The translations under genes and the position numbers were made by a program. DNA of 64,000 nucleotides from Caulobacteraceae bacterium. Its GTDB lineage: Bacteria; Pseudomonadota; Alphaproteobacteria; Caulobacterales; Caulobacteraceae. Below the pieces are notes generated by a model. That model did no database searches. It was not told the DNA's origin and was given only the letters and a program-made list of their open reading frames with translations. The stretch lies in contig DATBEN010000208.1 of assembly GCA_036276055.1 (NCBI GenBank), forward strand, positions 174 to 64,173. The letters are read 5' to 3'. This document shows positions 23,624 to 34,088 of the stretch, piece after piece (position 1 is the first letter of the stretch; each line of letters opens with the position of its first letter).

Positions 23624-23835
23624 GGCGCGAGACCGCAATCTCCGTCGCCCTGCCGGCCGTTGCCGTGACGACCCTCGCCGGCTGCGCGTCGGGCGTGGGG
23701 CAGGGGGCGGCCAGCTACGATGCGCTGGCCCGGGCATCCAGGACCTGCCAGGAGCGCGGCGGCCAGCTGCAGCTGCGCGCCGGCTACGACGACCAGGATC
23801 TCTCCAGTTACGATTGCGCGGGCGCCAGGAGGTAG
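23620..23835 (+). CDS. Small lipoprotein inserted in the nuo operon
   Basis: ATGA overlap with nuoH stop; LAGC lipobox; CQERGG...YDC Cys pair. Confidence 0.7.
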   Translation: MRRETAISVALPAVAVTTLAGCASGVGQGAASYDALARASRTCQERGGQLQLRAGYDDQDLSSYDCAGARR

Positions 23836-23841
23836 GACGGG

Positions 23842-24333
23842 ATGTTCCAGCGAATCGGACAGGCCATCCGCGGCGCGGCCCTGATGGACATCATCGGCGC
23901 CTTCGGCCTCTCCATGAAGTACATGGCCCGCCCCAAGGCGACCGTGCTCTATCCCAACGAGCGCAATCCCCAGTCGCCCCGCTTCCGCGGCGAGCATGCT
24001 CTGCGCCGCTATCCCAGCGGCGAGGAGCGGTGCATCGCCTGCAAGCTGTGCGAGGCGGTCTGCCCGGCCCAGGCCATCTACATCGAGGCTGAGCCGCGCG
24101 AGGACGGCTCGCGCCGCACGACCCGGTACGACATCGACATGGTCAAGTGCATCTATTGCGGCCTGTGCCAGGAGGCCTGCCCGGTGGACGCCATCGTGGA
24201 AGGGCCCAACCTCGAGTTCTCGGTGGAGACCCGCGAGGAGCTCTACTACGACAAGGAACGCCTGCTCGCGAACGGCGACCGCTGGGAGCGCGAGATCGCA
24301 AAGAACCTGGAACTGGACGCCCCCTACCGTTAA
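23842..24333 (+). CDS. nuoI: NADH-quinone oxidoreductase subunit I
   Basis: Two CxxCxxCxxxCP ferredoxin motifs; ends LDAPYR. Confidence 0.98.
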   Translation: MFQRIGQAIRGAALMDIIGAFGLSMKYMARPKATVLYPNERNPQSPRFRGEHALRRYPSGEERCIACKLCEAVCPAQAIYIEAEPREDGSRRTTRYDIDMVKCIYCGLCQEACPVDAIVEGPNLEFSVETREELYYDKERLLANGDRWEREIAKNLELDAPYR

Positions 24334-24425
24334 CAACCCCCGCCGGCGACGGGCGGCCGCTCCCGGCGGGGAGCGAGGTCCGGTCGCCCCGTCGCAGAGA
24401 AGCAAGAAAGTCCCCAAGGTCGCCG

Positions 24426-25043
24426 ATGGTCCTGCAGGCCTACGCCTTCTATGTGCTCGCTGCGGTCACTCTGCTGGCCGGCCTGGCGGTCATCTTCGCG
24501 CGCAATCCGGTGCACTCCGTGCTCTTCCTGATCACGGCTTTCTTCTCTACGGCCGGCCTCTTCGTGATGCTGGGCGCCGAGTTCCTCGCCATGATCCTGG
24601 TGGTGGTCTACGTCGGCGCCGTGGCGGTGCTGTTCCTGTTCGTGGTGATGATGCTGGACGTCGACTTCGCCGAACTGCGGCAGGGCTTCGTCAAGTACCT
24701 GCCGCTGGGGATCGTAGTCGCCGCGATCCTGACCGGCGAGATGATTCTTGTGGCCGCCAGCGTCGCCCACTCCGGTGCGGCGGGCGCATCGACCGGGCCG
24801 ATGACCCACGTCGGTGCGTTCTCCAACGCCGAAGCGATCGGGCGGGTGCTCTATACGGATTACCTCTACTTCTTCCAGACGGCAGGCATGGTGCTCCTGG
24901 TCGCCATGATCGGAGCCATCGTGCTGACCCTCAAGCACAAGACCAACGTGCGACGGCAGAACATCGCCGATCAGACCGCCCGCACGCCCGGCTCGGGGAT
25001 GCGCATCGTCACCATCAAGTCGGGCGAAGGGATCGACGCATGA
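24426..25043 (+). CDS. nuoJ: NADH-quinone oxidoreductase subunit J
   Basis: [38 protein letters not shown]. Confidence 0.97.
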   Translation: MVLQAYAFYVLAAVTLLAGLAVIFARNPVHSVLFLITAFFSTAGLFVMLGAEFLAMILVVVYVGAVAVLFLFVVMMLDVDFAELRQGFVKYLPLGIVVAAILTGEMILVAASVAHSGAAGASTGPMTHVGAFSNAEAIGRVLYTDYLYFFQTAGMVLLVAMIGAIVLTLKHKTNVRRQNIADQTARTPGSGMRIVTIKSGEGIDA

Positions 25044-25348
25044 CCATCGGCCTCACCCACTACCTGACCGTCGCGGCGATCCTCTTCACGATCGGCGTGC
25101 TCGGCATCTTCGTGAACCGCAAGAACGTGATCGTCATCCTGATGTCGATCGAGCTGATCCTGCTGGCGGTGAACATCAACCTGGTGGCCTTTTCGGTCTT
25201 CCTCCACGACGTGGTGGGACAGATCTACGCCCTGTTCGTCCTCACCGTGGCCGCGGCCGAAGCGGCGGTGGGCCTCGCGATCCTGGTCACCTTCTTCCGC
25301 TGGCGCGGCGACATCGCCGTCGATGACGCCTCGATGATGAAGGGATGA
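25040..25348 (+). CDS. nuoK: NADH-quinone oxidoreductase subunit K
   Basis: [30 protein letters not shown]. Confidence 0.97.
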   Translation: MTIGLTHYLTVAAILFTIGVLGIFVNRKNVIVILMSIELILLAVNINLVAFSVFLHDVVGQIYALFVLTVAAAEAAVGLAILVTFFRWRGDIAVDDASMMKG

Positions 25349-25379
25349 GCGGGATGCGTGACCGTCCGGAGATCCGCGC

Positions 25380-27416
25380 TTGAGCCCGCAACTCATTGTT
25401 ACGCTGCTGGTCCTCGCGCCGATCGTCGGCGCGATCATCGCCGGTCTGTTTGGCCGGCGGATCGGCGACACCGCTTCGCGGGCCCTGACCACCGGCCTGC
25501 TGATCTTCTCGTGTGTCCTGGGCTGGCTGACCTTCTTCAATGTGATCTCGGGCTCGTGGGGGAGCTTCACCGTCACCCTGGCCCCCTTCATCGACGTCGG
25601 CCGGCTCCAGTCGACCTGGTCTATCCGGATCGACTCGCTTTCGTCGGTGATGCTGATCGTGGTCACCACCGTCAGCGCGCTCGTGCACGTCTACAGCTGG
25701 GGCTACATGCGCGAGGACCCCTCCAAGCCGCGCTTCTTCGCCTACCTGTCGCTGTTCACCTTCGCCATGCTGGCCCTGGTGACCGCTTCCGACCTGATGC
25801 AGATGTTCTTCGGCTGGGAAGGCGTGGGCCTCGCCAGCTACCTGTTGATCGGCTTCTGGTACGACAGGCCCACCGCCAACGCCGCGGCGATCAAGGCCTT
25901 CGTGGTCAACCGCATCGGCGACGCCGGCTTCATACTCGGCATCGTCACCACCTTCTGGGCGTTCGGCTCGATCCGGTTCGCCGACATCTTTCCCCAGGTT
26001 CCGGCCATCGCCGACCACGTCTGGCATTTCGGAAGCTGGGACCTGCGGCTGATGGATCTGGCCTGCGTGCTCCTGTTCATCGGCGCGATGGGCAAGAGCG
26101 CCCAGTTCTTCCTCCACACCTGGCTGCCCGACGCCATGGAAGGCCCGACCCCCGTCTCGGCCCTGATCCATGCGGCGACCATGGTGACGGCCGGCGTCTA
26201 CATGGTCTGCCTGCTCTCGCCGATGTTCGAGCACGCCCCGATCGCCAAGGACGTGGTGACGGTCGTGGGCGCGGTCACCTGCCTCTTCGCCGCGACCGTC
26301 GGCCTGGCGCAGAACGACATCAAGCGGGTGGTTGCCTATTCGACCTGCTCGCAGCTCGGCTACATGTTCTTCGCCGCGGGCGTGGGCGCCTATCCGGCGG
26401 CCATGTTCCACCTCTTCACCCACGCCTTCTTCAAGGCCCTGCTGTTCCTGGGCGCCGGCTCGGTGATCGAGGCGGTGCACCATGAGCAGGACATGCGGAA
26501 GATGGGCGCCCTGTGGAACAAGATCCCCATCACTTATTCGGTGATGCTGGTGGGCACCCTGGCCATCACCGGCGTGGGCATACCCGGCCTCGACATCGGC
26601 TTCGCCGGTTTCTACTCGAAGGACGCCCTGATCAATTCGGCCTTTATGGCCGGGCGCGGCGGAGACGCGACGGCGGTGTTCGCCTTTGTCGCCGGCGTTC
26701 TGGCCGCGGGCCTGACCTCTTTCTACTCCTGGCGCCTGATCTTCATGACCTTTCACGGTCACGCCAAATGGGGTCACGCGGCGCACGACGACCACGCCGC
26801 TCACGGGGCGCAGCACGAGGCGCACGGGCATGACGCCCGTCACGGCGGCGACCCCCACGAGAGCCCCTGGTCGATGCTGGTCCCGATTCTGCTGCTCGCC
26901 GTGGGCGCCGCATTCGCCGGCGGCCTCTTCGACCATGGCTTCATCGGCGGCGGGCGCGACAGCTTCTGGAGGGGCGCTCTTTCCACCATCACCAGCGGCC
27001 GGCTGCTGGACGAAATCGAGCACATGCCCGCCTGGGTGACCTGGGCTCCCCTGCTGGTCACCCTGATCGGCTTTGTGGCCGCCTGGTACGCCTATATCCT
27101 TCGCGAGGGCATGGGCGCGCGCATCGCCGCGCGGAAGGGCCCCGTCTGGTCGTTCCTGTACAACAAGTGGTACTTCGACGAGCTCTACGATCTCATCTTC
27201 GTCCGAACCGCCAAGTGGCTCGGCGACCTGTTCTGGAAGGGCGGCGACAAGCGCCTGATCGACGGCCTGGGCCCTGACGGCGTCTCCGCGGCCAGCTACG
27301 CCATCGGCAAGGCGACGGCGCGGCTGCAGACCGGCTACGTCTACCACTACGCCTTCGTCATGCTGCTCGGCGTCGCCGGGCTCCTCTCCTACGCCCTGTG
27401 GGCCTTCGTAAGATGA
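25380..27416 (+). CDS. nuoL: NADH-quinone oxidoreductase subunit L
   Basis: [32 protein letters not shown]; His-rich loop; TTG start. Confidence 0.97.
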   Translation: MSPQLIVTLLVLAPIVGAIIAGLFGRRIGDTASRALTTGLLIFSCVLGWLTFFNVISGSWGSFTVTLAPFIDVGRLQSTWSIRIDSLSSVMLIVVTTVSALVHVYSWGYMREDPSKPRFFAYLSLFTFAMLALVTASDLMQMFFGWEGVGLASYLLIGFWYDRPTANAAAIKAFVVNRIGDAGFILGIVTTFWAFGSIRFADIFPQVPAIADHVWHFGSWDLRLMDLACVLLFIGAMGKSAQFFLHTWLPDAMEGPTPVSALIHAATMVTAGVYMVCLLSPMFEHAPIAKDVVTVVGAVTCLFAATVGLAQNDIKRVVAYSTCSQLGYMFFAAGVGAYPAAMFHLFTHAFFKALLFLGAGSVIEAVHHEQDMRKMGALWNKIPITYSVMLVGTLAITGVGIPGLDIGFAGFYSKDALINSAFMAGRGGDATAVFAFVAGVLAAGLTSFYSWRLIFMTFHGHAKWGHAAHDDHAAHGAQHEAHGHDARHGGDPHESPWSMLVPILLLAVGAAFAGGLFDHGFIGGGRDSFWRGALSTITSGRLLDEIEHMPAWVTWAPLLVTLIGFVAAWYAYILREGMGARIAARKGPVWSFLYNKWYFDELYDLIFVRTAKWLGDLFWKGGDKRLIDGLGPDGVSAASYAIGKATARLQTGYVYHYAFVMLLGVAGLLSYALWAFVR

Positions 27417-28900
27417 GCGGCATCCTCTCCCTCACCACCTTCCTTCCGCTGCTTGGCGTCGCCGGCATCCTCCTGGTGCGCGGCCTGGCGCCGGCCAATG
27501 ACGAACGGACCGCCTCGGCCGCACGCTGGATCGCCCTGGCGACCACGCTGGCGACCTTCGTCCTGTCGGTCGCCGTGGTGGCTACCTTCCATCCGAGCCA
27601 GAGCGGCTTCCAGATGCAGGAGGACATCAACTGGTTCGGCGGTCTGCGCTACCGGATGGGCGTCGACGGCATCTCGGTCCTCTTCGTCCCGCTAACGGCG
27701 TTCCTGATGCCGCTCTGCATCGCCGCCAGCTGGCGTTCGATCAAGGACCGCGTTGTCGAGTACATGATCGCCTTCCTGGTCCTCGAGACCCTGGTGATCG
27801 GCGTCTTCTGCGCGCTCGACATCATCGTCTTCTACCTGTTCTTCGAAGGCCAGCTGATCCCGATGTTCCTGATCATCGGCATCTGGGGCGGCCAGAATCG
27901 CGTCTACGCGGCCTTCAAGTTCTTCCTCTACACCCTGCTGGGTTCGGTGCTGATGCTGGCGGCGATCCTGGCGATGATCTCCATCGCGCATACCTCGTCG
28001 ATCCCGGAGCTGATGCGCTACCACTTTTCGCCAACGTATCAGACCTGGTTCTGGCTGGCGTTCTTCGCCTCCTTCGCGGTGAAGATGCCAATGTGGCCGG
28101 TGCACACCTGGCTTCCGGACGCCCACGTCGAGGCGCCCACCGCCGGTTCGGTGATCCTGGCCGGGATCCTGCTGAAGATGGGCGGCTACGGCTTCATGCG
28201 CTTTTCGGTGCCGATGTTCCCGGCCGCGAGCGTCGAGTTCACGCCCCTGATCTTCGCCCTCTCGATGATCGCGATCGTCTACACCTCCCTGGTGGCGTTC
28301 CGTCAGGACGACATGAAGAAGCTCATCGCCTACTCGTCGGTGGCGCACATGGGCTTCGTCACCATGGGCATCTTCTCGGGCAACCTGCAGGGCGAGCAGG
28401 GCGCCATCTTCCAGATGCTGAGCCACGGGGTGATCTCGGGCGCGCTCTTCCTCTGCGTCGGCGTAGTCTACGACCGCATGCACACTCGGGAGATCGCCTA
28501 CTACGGCGGCCTGGTGACGAAGATGCCGATCTACGCCGCGGTGTTCATGCTCTTCACCATGGGCAACGTCGGCCTGCCCGGCACCAGCGGCTTCGTGGGC
28601 GAGATCCTCACCCTTACCGGGACCTATGGCGTCTCCACCTGGACGGCGATCGTCGCGGTGAGCGGCGTGATCCTCTCGGCCATGTACGCCCTGACGCTGT
28701 ACCGACGGATAATCTTCGGCCAGCTTACCAATCCCTCCCTGGCGGCGATCGGCGACCTGGTGGGCCGCGAGGCGATTATCTTCCTGCCCCTCATCGTCGC
28801 CACCCTGGCGCTCGGCTTCCAGCCGCGCCTGGTCCTCTCAATCACCGATGCGGCGACCACCCACATGGTCGACGTCTTCCACGCCGCGACGGGACGCTGA
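27413..28900 (+). CDS. nuoM: NADH-quinone oxidoreductase subunit M
   Basis: [34 protein letters not shown]. Confidence 0.97.
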   Translation: MSGILSLTTFLPLLGVAGILLVRGLAPANDERTASAARWIALATTLATFVLSVAVVATFHPSQSGFQMQEDINWFGGLRYRMGVDGISVLFVPLTAFLMPLCIAASWRSIKDRVVEYMIAFLVLETLVIGVFCALDIIVFYLFFEGQLIPMFLIIGIWGGQNRVYAAFKFFLYTLLGSVLMLAAILAMISIAHTSSIPELMRYHFSPTYQTWFWLAFFASFAVKMPMWPVHTWLPDAHVEAPTAGSVILAGILLKMGGYGFMRFSVPMFPAASVEFTPLIFALSMIAIVYTSLVAFRQDDMKKLIAYSSVAHMGFVTMGIFSGNLQGEQGAIFQMLSHGVISGALFLCVGVVYDRMHTREIAYYGGLVTKMPIYAAVFMLFTMGNVGLPGTSGFVGEILTLTGTYGVSTWTAIVAVSGVILSAMYALTLYRRIIFGQLTNPSLAAIGDLVGREAIIFLPLIVATLALGFQPRLVLSITDAATTHMVDVFHAATGR

Positions 28901-28910
28901 TAGCCACGCC

Positions 28911-30341
28911 ATGACGCCGATGCAGACCGCCGCCGTCGCCTCACCCGAGCTGCTGCTCGTCGGCGCGACCCTGATCCTGCTCGTCTGGGGCGCCTTCCAG
29001 GGCAAGGCCAGCGCGACCTTCACCTTCGCTTCGGTTGCGTCCCTGTGCGCAGCCGCGGTGGTGGCGGTCGTAGCGCCGCTGGGCCGCGCCTTCCTGGGCG
29101 GCTTGATCCTCGATCAGGGCGCGGTGTTCTCCAAGGTCGTGATCTATCTCGCCAGCGCTGCGGCCATACCGATGGGCGAGGGCTGGTTCGCCCGCCGCGG
29201 CCAGGCGCGGTTCGAGTTCCCGATCCTGGTGATCATCGCCGCGCTTGGCATGGGCATGATGGCCTCGGCCGGCGACCTGATCTCGCTGTACATCTCGGTC
29301 GAGCTGCAGTCCCTGGCGCTCTATGTGCTCGCCGCCTTCGAGCGCGACGACCCCAAATCGTCCGAGGCTGGCCTCAAGTACTTCGTCCTGGGCGCGCTCT
29401 CCTCGGGCATCATGCTCTACGGGGCGTCGCTCGTTTACGGCTTCGCCGGCTCCACGCGTTTCGACGCCATCGCCATGGCGATGAGCCATGGCGCGGGCGG
29501 CGGCGCCCTGCTGGGCCTGGTGTTCCTGATCTGCGGGCTTTCCTTCAAGGTCTCGGCCGCGCCGTTCCACATGTGGACGCCGGACGTCTACGAGGGCGCC
29601 CCCACGCCTGTGGTCGGCTTCTTCGCCGGGGCGCCCAAGCTGGCCGCCATGGTGCTTCTGGCCCGCCTGCTCACCCAGGGCTTCAGCGGTGCGGTGGACC
29701 AGTGGCGCCAGATCATCGTCGTGGTGGCCATCCTGTCGGTGGCCGTGGGGGCCTACACGGGCCTTCGTCAGCACAACGTCAAGCGGCTGTGGGCCTACAC
29801 CTCGATCGCCCAGATCGGCTACGCCATGGTCGGCCTCGCCGCCGGGGGGGCCATGGGGGTGCAGTCGGTGCTGGTCTTCATGACCCTCTACGTCATCGAC
29901 GTCACCGGCTTCTTCGCCTGCCTCACCGTGCTGTCCCGCGCCGGCCGCCCGATGGAGACCTTCACGGACCTCGCCGGACTCGTGCGCGAGCGTCCCGGCA
30001 TCGCGATCGCCATGACCTTTTTCTCGCTCTCGGGCCTTGGGCTGCCGCCGCTCAGCGGCCTGTGGGGCAAGTACTACGTCTTCAAGGCGGCCATCGTGGC
30101 GGGGCTCGCGCCCGCGGCGGTCATCGCCCTGATCGGCAGCGTCATCGCAGCCTACTACTATCTGCGCCTGATCAAGGTGATGTGGCTGGACCCGAGCCCA
30201 GGGCCTACCGATCGTCCGGCCGCCGAAGGCGTGGTGATCGGCTACGGAGCGGCTCTGTTCGCCTTCCCGGTGGTCCTGTTCGCCCTCTACGCCATCGATC
30301 CGTTGGCCCACACGGCGGCGGCGGCGCTGATCCAGCCGTAA
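28911..30341 (+). CDS. nuoN: NADH-quinone oxidoreductase subunit N
   Basis: SSEAGLKYFVLG, FKVSAAPFHMWTPDVYEGAP, YYYLRLIK. Confidence 0.97.
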   Translation: MTPMQTAAVASPELLLVGATLILLVWGAFQGKASATFTFASVASLCAAAVVAVVAPLGRAFLGGLILDQGAVFSKVVIYLASAAAIPMGEGWFARRGQARFEFPILVIIAALGMGMMASAGDLISLYISVELQSLALYVLAAFERDDPKSSEAGLKYFVLGALSSGIMLYGASLVYGFAGSTRFDAIAMAMSHGAGGGALLGLVFLICGLSFKVSAAPFHMWTPDVYEGAPTPVVGFFAGAPKLAAMVLLARLLTQGFSGAVDQWRQIIVVVAILSVAVGAYTGLRQHNVKRLWAYTSIAQIGYAMVGLAAGGAMGVQSVLVFMTLYVIDVTGFFACLTVLSRAGRPMETFTDLAGLVRERPGIAIAMTFFSLSGLGLPPLSGLWGKYYVFKAAIVAGLAPAAVIALIGSVIAAYYYLRLIKVMWLDPSPGPTDRPAAEGVVIGYGAALFAFPVVLFALYAIDPLAHTAAAALIQP

Positions 30342-30349
30342 TCCGTCAT

Positions 30350-30487
30350 CCCTCCCCATCGGGAGGGTGTCGCGCCGCAGGCGCCACGGGTGGGGAATCC
30401 TCGGGAAAGACACCAACGTCGGGCGTGAACCACACTTCCCCACCCGGTCTCGCTACGCTTGACCGCCCTCCCCGGAAGGGGAGGGAC
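30350..30487. repeat. REP/RIME-like palindromic intergenic element
   Basis: Terminal hairpins CCCTCCC-CATC-GGGAGGG and CCCTCCCC-GGAA-GGGGAGGG; internal 11-bp inverted repeat CGGGTGGGGAA (30387-30397) / TTCCCCACCCG (30436-30446). Confidence 0.65.
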
Positions 30488-30488
30488 C

Positions 30489-32135
30489 TTACGCCGCCTG
30501 GGGCGCTGGAGCGCCCGCCGGCAGGTGGGCCGGGGCCTGGGGCGGGTCGTCGCGCAGCTTGGCGGAATAGAACGAGGCGTTCTGGCGACCCTTGCAGGCG
30601 TCATCGGTGAAGCTGATCAGGTGGTGGGCGACCACCGCCGAGGAGATCAGCCACTCGATCTCGCCCGCCTTGATTCGCGGCCAGGCGAACTTCCAGAAGG
30701 TGCGTCGGTAGCGCGCCTTCACCCCGCAGATCCACAGCATGCGGGAGATGATCCCCACGCCCTTCTTGATGTTCGCCCAGGTCGCCGGCTGCGGGCGCGG
30801 CCGGCGGTTGCGATAGGTCGCCTGAACCTGGTGGTCGAAGCGGGCGAACAGGGCCCCTGGCTCATAGGCGGCGGCCATCAGCCTGCGCCAGCCGTCGACG
30901 ACTTCGCGATAGGGGCGGCGGAACACGACGTTCGACTCCAGGCTGTCGTCCTCGGCGATCCGTCCCTCGCGCTCCAGCCGCGTCCACAGCGGCGTCTTCG
31001 GCAGCGCCTGCAGCAGGTTGATCGTCAGCAGGGGGATGTGGCTGACTTCGATGAACCTCTGGATCGCCTCGGGCGTGTCGGGCGTGTCGGTGTCGAGGCC
31101 CAGGATGATTCCCGAGACCACCTCCATGCCGTAGCTGTTCAAGGTCTCGATCCCTTCCAGGATCGGCACCATCATATTGTGGCTCTTGTGCATCTCCTTG
31201 AGCGCCGCAGGGTCGGGAGTCTCGATGCCGCAAAACACCGTCTCGAATCCGGCCTCGCGCATGGGCCCCAGGATCTCCGGCCGCTTGGCAATGTTCAGCG
31301 TCGCCTCGCAGGCCATGCGGTAGGGGTAGCCATTACGCTTCTGCCAGGCGACGAGGGCCGGCAGCAGGTCGCGCACGGCCTTGCGGTTGGCGATGAAGTT
31401 GTCATCGACGAAGTAGATGGCATCGCGGATGCCCAGGGCGCGCAACTTGTCGAGTTCGGCGCAGACCTGCTCGGGCGTCTTGAGCCGCGGGTTGCGTCCG
31501 TAGAGGGCCGGGATGTCGCAGAACTCGCACTCGTAGGGGCAGCCGCTGGAGAACTGGATCGAGCCCATGAAGTACTTGGGGAGCTCGGCCAGCTCGTAGG
31601 CGGGCAGGGGGAAGGCGGCGAGGTCCTTGCGCACGCGGGTCGTGAGGACGACCTGCCCGCTCGGCGGGGATGGATCGGCCTGCAGCCGCGCGATCAGCTC
31701 GTCCGTGGCGTCGCCCATCTCGCCCACGTGCAGATAGTCGAAGTCGGGATAGTAGTGGGGGCAGGCGGAGACCGAGGGGCCGCCCAGGGCGGTCGTCCGG
31801 CCCGCGGCGTGGGCGCGGGCGCAGATGTCGTGCATCTGCTGACGCTGGATGTGCATGCCGCTGACGAACACCGCCTCCGCCCAGGCGAAGTCTTCGGCCG
31901 TGGCGGCGCAGAGGTTCTCGTCGATGAACCGCTTTTCCCAATGCGAGGGCAGGGCCGCGGCGATCACCAGCAGGCCCTGAGGCGGCATGAAGGCCTGCGC
32001 CCCGATGATCGGATAGGCGTACTCGAACGTCCCGAAGGACGGCGTGTAGCGTGGAAAGACGAGGAGGATCCGCCGTGGGGGAGCAGAACTTGCGTCCGCA
32101 GCCGCGGCAGGATCGCAGGGGGTATCGACGTCCAT
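30489..32135 (-). CDS. hpnP: Cobalamin-dependent radical SAM methylase, HpnP-like (hopanoid C-2 methylase)
   Basis: RILLVFPRYTPSFGTF, AFMPPQGLLVIAA, SGMHIQRQQM, SSGCPYECEFCDIP (CxxxCxxC), ACEATLNIAK and PLLTINLLQALPKTPLW match recalled alphaproteobacterial HpnP sequences. Confidence 0.85.
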   Translation of the reverse strand: MDVDTPCDPAAAADASSAPPRRILLVFPRYTPSFGTFEYAYPIIGAQAFMPPQGLLVIAAALPSHWEKRFIDENLCAATAEDFAWAEAVFVSGMHIQRQQMHDICARAHAAGRTTALGGPSVSACPHYYPDFDYLHVGEMGDATDELIARLQADPSPPSGQVVLTTRVRKDLAAFPLPAYELAELPKYFMGSIQFSSGCPYECEFCDIPALYGRNPRLKTPEQVCAELDKLRALGIRDAIYFVDDNFIANRKAVRDLLPALVAWQKRNGYPYRMACEATLNIAKRPEILGPMREAGFETVFCGIETPDPAALKEMHKSHNMMVPILEGIETLNSYGMEVVSGIILGLDTDTPDTPEAIQRFIEVSHIPLLTINLLQALPKTPLWTRLEREGRIAEDDSLESNVVFRRPYREVVDGWRRLMAAAYEPGALFARFDHQVQATYRNRRPRPQPATWANIKKGVGIISRMLWICGVKARYRRTFWKFAWPRIKAGEIEWLISSAVVAHHLISFTDDACKGRQNASFYSAKLRDDPPQAPAHLPAGAPAPQAA

Positions 32136-32144
32136 AGGGCCGCG

Positions 32145-32169
32145 AACTCCGCAATGATCAGGATGTTCC
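32145..32169 (-). promoter_or_regulatory. EcfG/sigmaT-type general stress promoter for hpnP
   Basis: Minus strand GGAAC-ATCCTGATCATTGCGG-AGTT (GGAAC-N18-TT), ending 9 nt before the ATG. Confidence 0.7.
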
Positions 32170-32333
32170 GGGGAAATCCTATCTCTCAGGGACGCGGCCG
32201 AAGAAGTTTGCCGCCGATATGCGAGGGTAACACAATGTCGGCCGTGTCATGCGCGGCAAGCGCGGCCGGGCTGGCGGGCGCTCGCGGCGCGGGCTAAGCG
32301 CCTGGACTTGCAACCTCTGGCCCAGAGACCCGC

Positions 32334-34088
32334 GTGCCACTCACCCGCCGAGATCTCGCCGCCTTCGTCCCGGCGGCCGCACTGATCCCCACGGTCGCCG
32401 CGGCCTCCGCGGCGGCGTTGGACTTCCAGCAGATCTGGACCCGCGAGTGGGCGTGGCGAAAAGCCCAGCTGGCCGAGGCGGACGATCCTGACCAGCCGCT
32501 CCCGCCTTACCTGCCGGACGTGAGCGAGCAGGCGCAGACGGCGCGGCTGGGCCGCTGGCGAGAGACCCAGGCGTCCCTGGCGCGGATCGACCGGGCCTCA
32601 CTCAGCTCCGCGGCCCAGATCGACTTCGATGTCTATGCCGGCCAGATCGACGCCCTCGAGGCCTCCCAGGCCTGGCGCGACTGGGAAGCGCCGTTCAACA
32701 GCGACTCGTCGTTCTGGGGCGACCTCGCGGAGGCGGCCCACCGGCCGTTCCGCATCGAGGCGGACTACCGCCACTACATCGCCCGGCTCGGCCAGACGCG
32801 GCGCTATTTCGACCAGCAGATCGCCGCCATGCGCCTTGGCGTGGCGCGCGGATTCACGCCGCCGCGGGTGACCCTCGCCGGACGCGACCTCTCCGTGGCC
32901 GCAGTCGCCCAGGCCGTCTCGCCGGAGGCGACACAGTTCTGGAAGCCGTTCGCGGAATTGCCGCCGACGCTCCCGGAGGCGATGCGCGAGGATCTGCGCG
33001 GGTCGGCGCGGGCGGTCATCGCCAGCGAGGTCGTCCCGGCCCATGGCGCCCTGCTGGTGTTTCTGCGCGAGGAATATCTGCCCCGGACGCGCACCACCAT
33101 CTCGGCGGAGGCGCTGCCCGGCGGCCGCGCCTACTACCAGTCGAAGATCAAGGAGTTCACCACCCTCGACGATAGCCCCGAGGCGATCCACGCCCTGGGC
33201 CTCGCCGAAATCGCCCTGATCCGCGGGCGGATGCAGGACGTCATGACGGAGGTGAAGTTCTCCGGCGACATTCCCACGTTCCTGCAGTTCCTGCGCACGG
33301 ATCCGCAGTTCTATGTGAAGACGCCCCAGGAGCTGCTGGACCGTGCGGCGTGGATCGCCAAGACCTTCGATGGCAAGGCCTCGCAGTGGTTCGGCCGGCT
33401 GCCTCGCGCGCGCTTCGCCATCCGCCCCGTCCCCGCCGCCATCGCCCCGTTCTACACCGCCGGCCGGGGAGGGCCGGGCGTCTATCTGGTCAACACCTAC
33501 GACCTGCCCTCGCGCCCGCTCTACGCCCTTGCGGCGCTCACGCTGCACGAATCCGCCCCCGGCCACGCCTTCCAGATGCCGCTCGCCAACGAGCAGCGCG
33601 ACCAGCCGGAGTTCCGCCGTAAGAGCTACATCTCGGCCTTCGGCGAGGGCTGGGCGCTGTACTGCGAGCGCCTGGGCGAGGAGATGGGCATGTACGACAC
33701 GCCCTACGACCGCTTCGGCATGCTCAGCTATCAGGCCTGGCGAGCGGCGCGCCTGGTGGTCGACACTGGCGTCCATGCCATGGGCTGGAGCCGCGAGCAG
33801 GCGATCGCGTACCTTGCGGACAACACCGCCCTGCCGCGACACGAGGTCGAAACCGAGGTCGACCGCTACATCAGCTGGCCGGGCCAGGCGCTCTCCTATT
33901 ATCTTGGCCAGCGGGCGATCCTGCAGGCCCGGACCAAGGCCCAGGCCGCGCTCGGGCCGAAGTTCGACATCCGCGCCTTCCACGACACGGTCTTGCAGCT
34001 GGGCTCCGTGCCCTTGCCGATCCTCACCCGCCGCATCGAGCGCTTCATCGCCGAAGGTGGTCCTTCGCCGTATCCTGTCGATGCCTGA
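32334..34088 (+). CDS. DUF885 family protein (Tat-exported, metallopeptidase-like)
   Basis: TRRDL signal; LHESAPGH, EGWALYCE, RLVVDTGVH, EVDRYISWPGQALSY motifs. Confidence 0.92.
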   Translation: MPLTRRDLAAFVPAAALIPTVAAASAAALDFQQIWTREWAWRKAQLAEADDPDQPLPPYLPDVSEQAQTARLGRWRETQASLARIDRASLSSAAQIDFDVYAGQIDALEASQAWRDWEAPFNSDSSFWGDLAEAAHRPFRIEADYRHYIARLGQTRRYFDQQIAAMRLGVARGFTPPRVTLAGRDLSVAAVAQAVSPEATQFWKPFAELPPTLPEAMREDLRGSARAVIASEVVPAHGALLVFLREEYLPRTRTTISAEALPGGRAYYQSKIKEFTTLDDSPEAIHALGLAEIALIRGRMQDVMTEVKFSGDIPTFLQFLRTDPQFYVKTPQELLDRAAWIAKTFDGKASQWFGRLPRARFAIRPVPAAIAPFYTAGRGGPGVYLVNTYDLPSRPLYALAALTLHESAPGHAFQMPLANEQRDQPEFRRKSYISAFGEGWALYCERLGEEMGMYDTPYDRFGMLSYQAWRAARLVVDTGVHAMGWSREQAIAYLADNTALPRHEVETEVDRYISWPGQALSYYLGQRAILQARTKAQAALGPKFDIRAFHDTVLQLGSVPLPILTRRIERFIAEGGPSPYPVDA

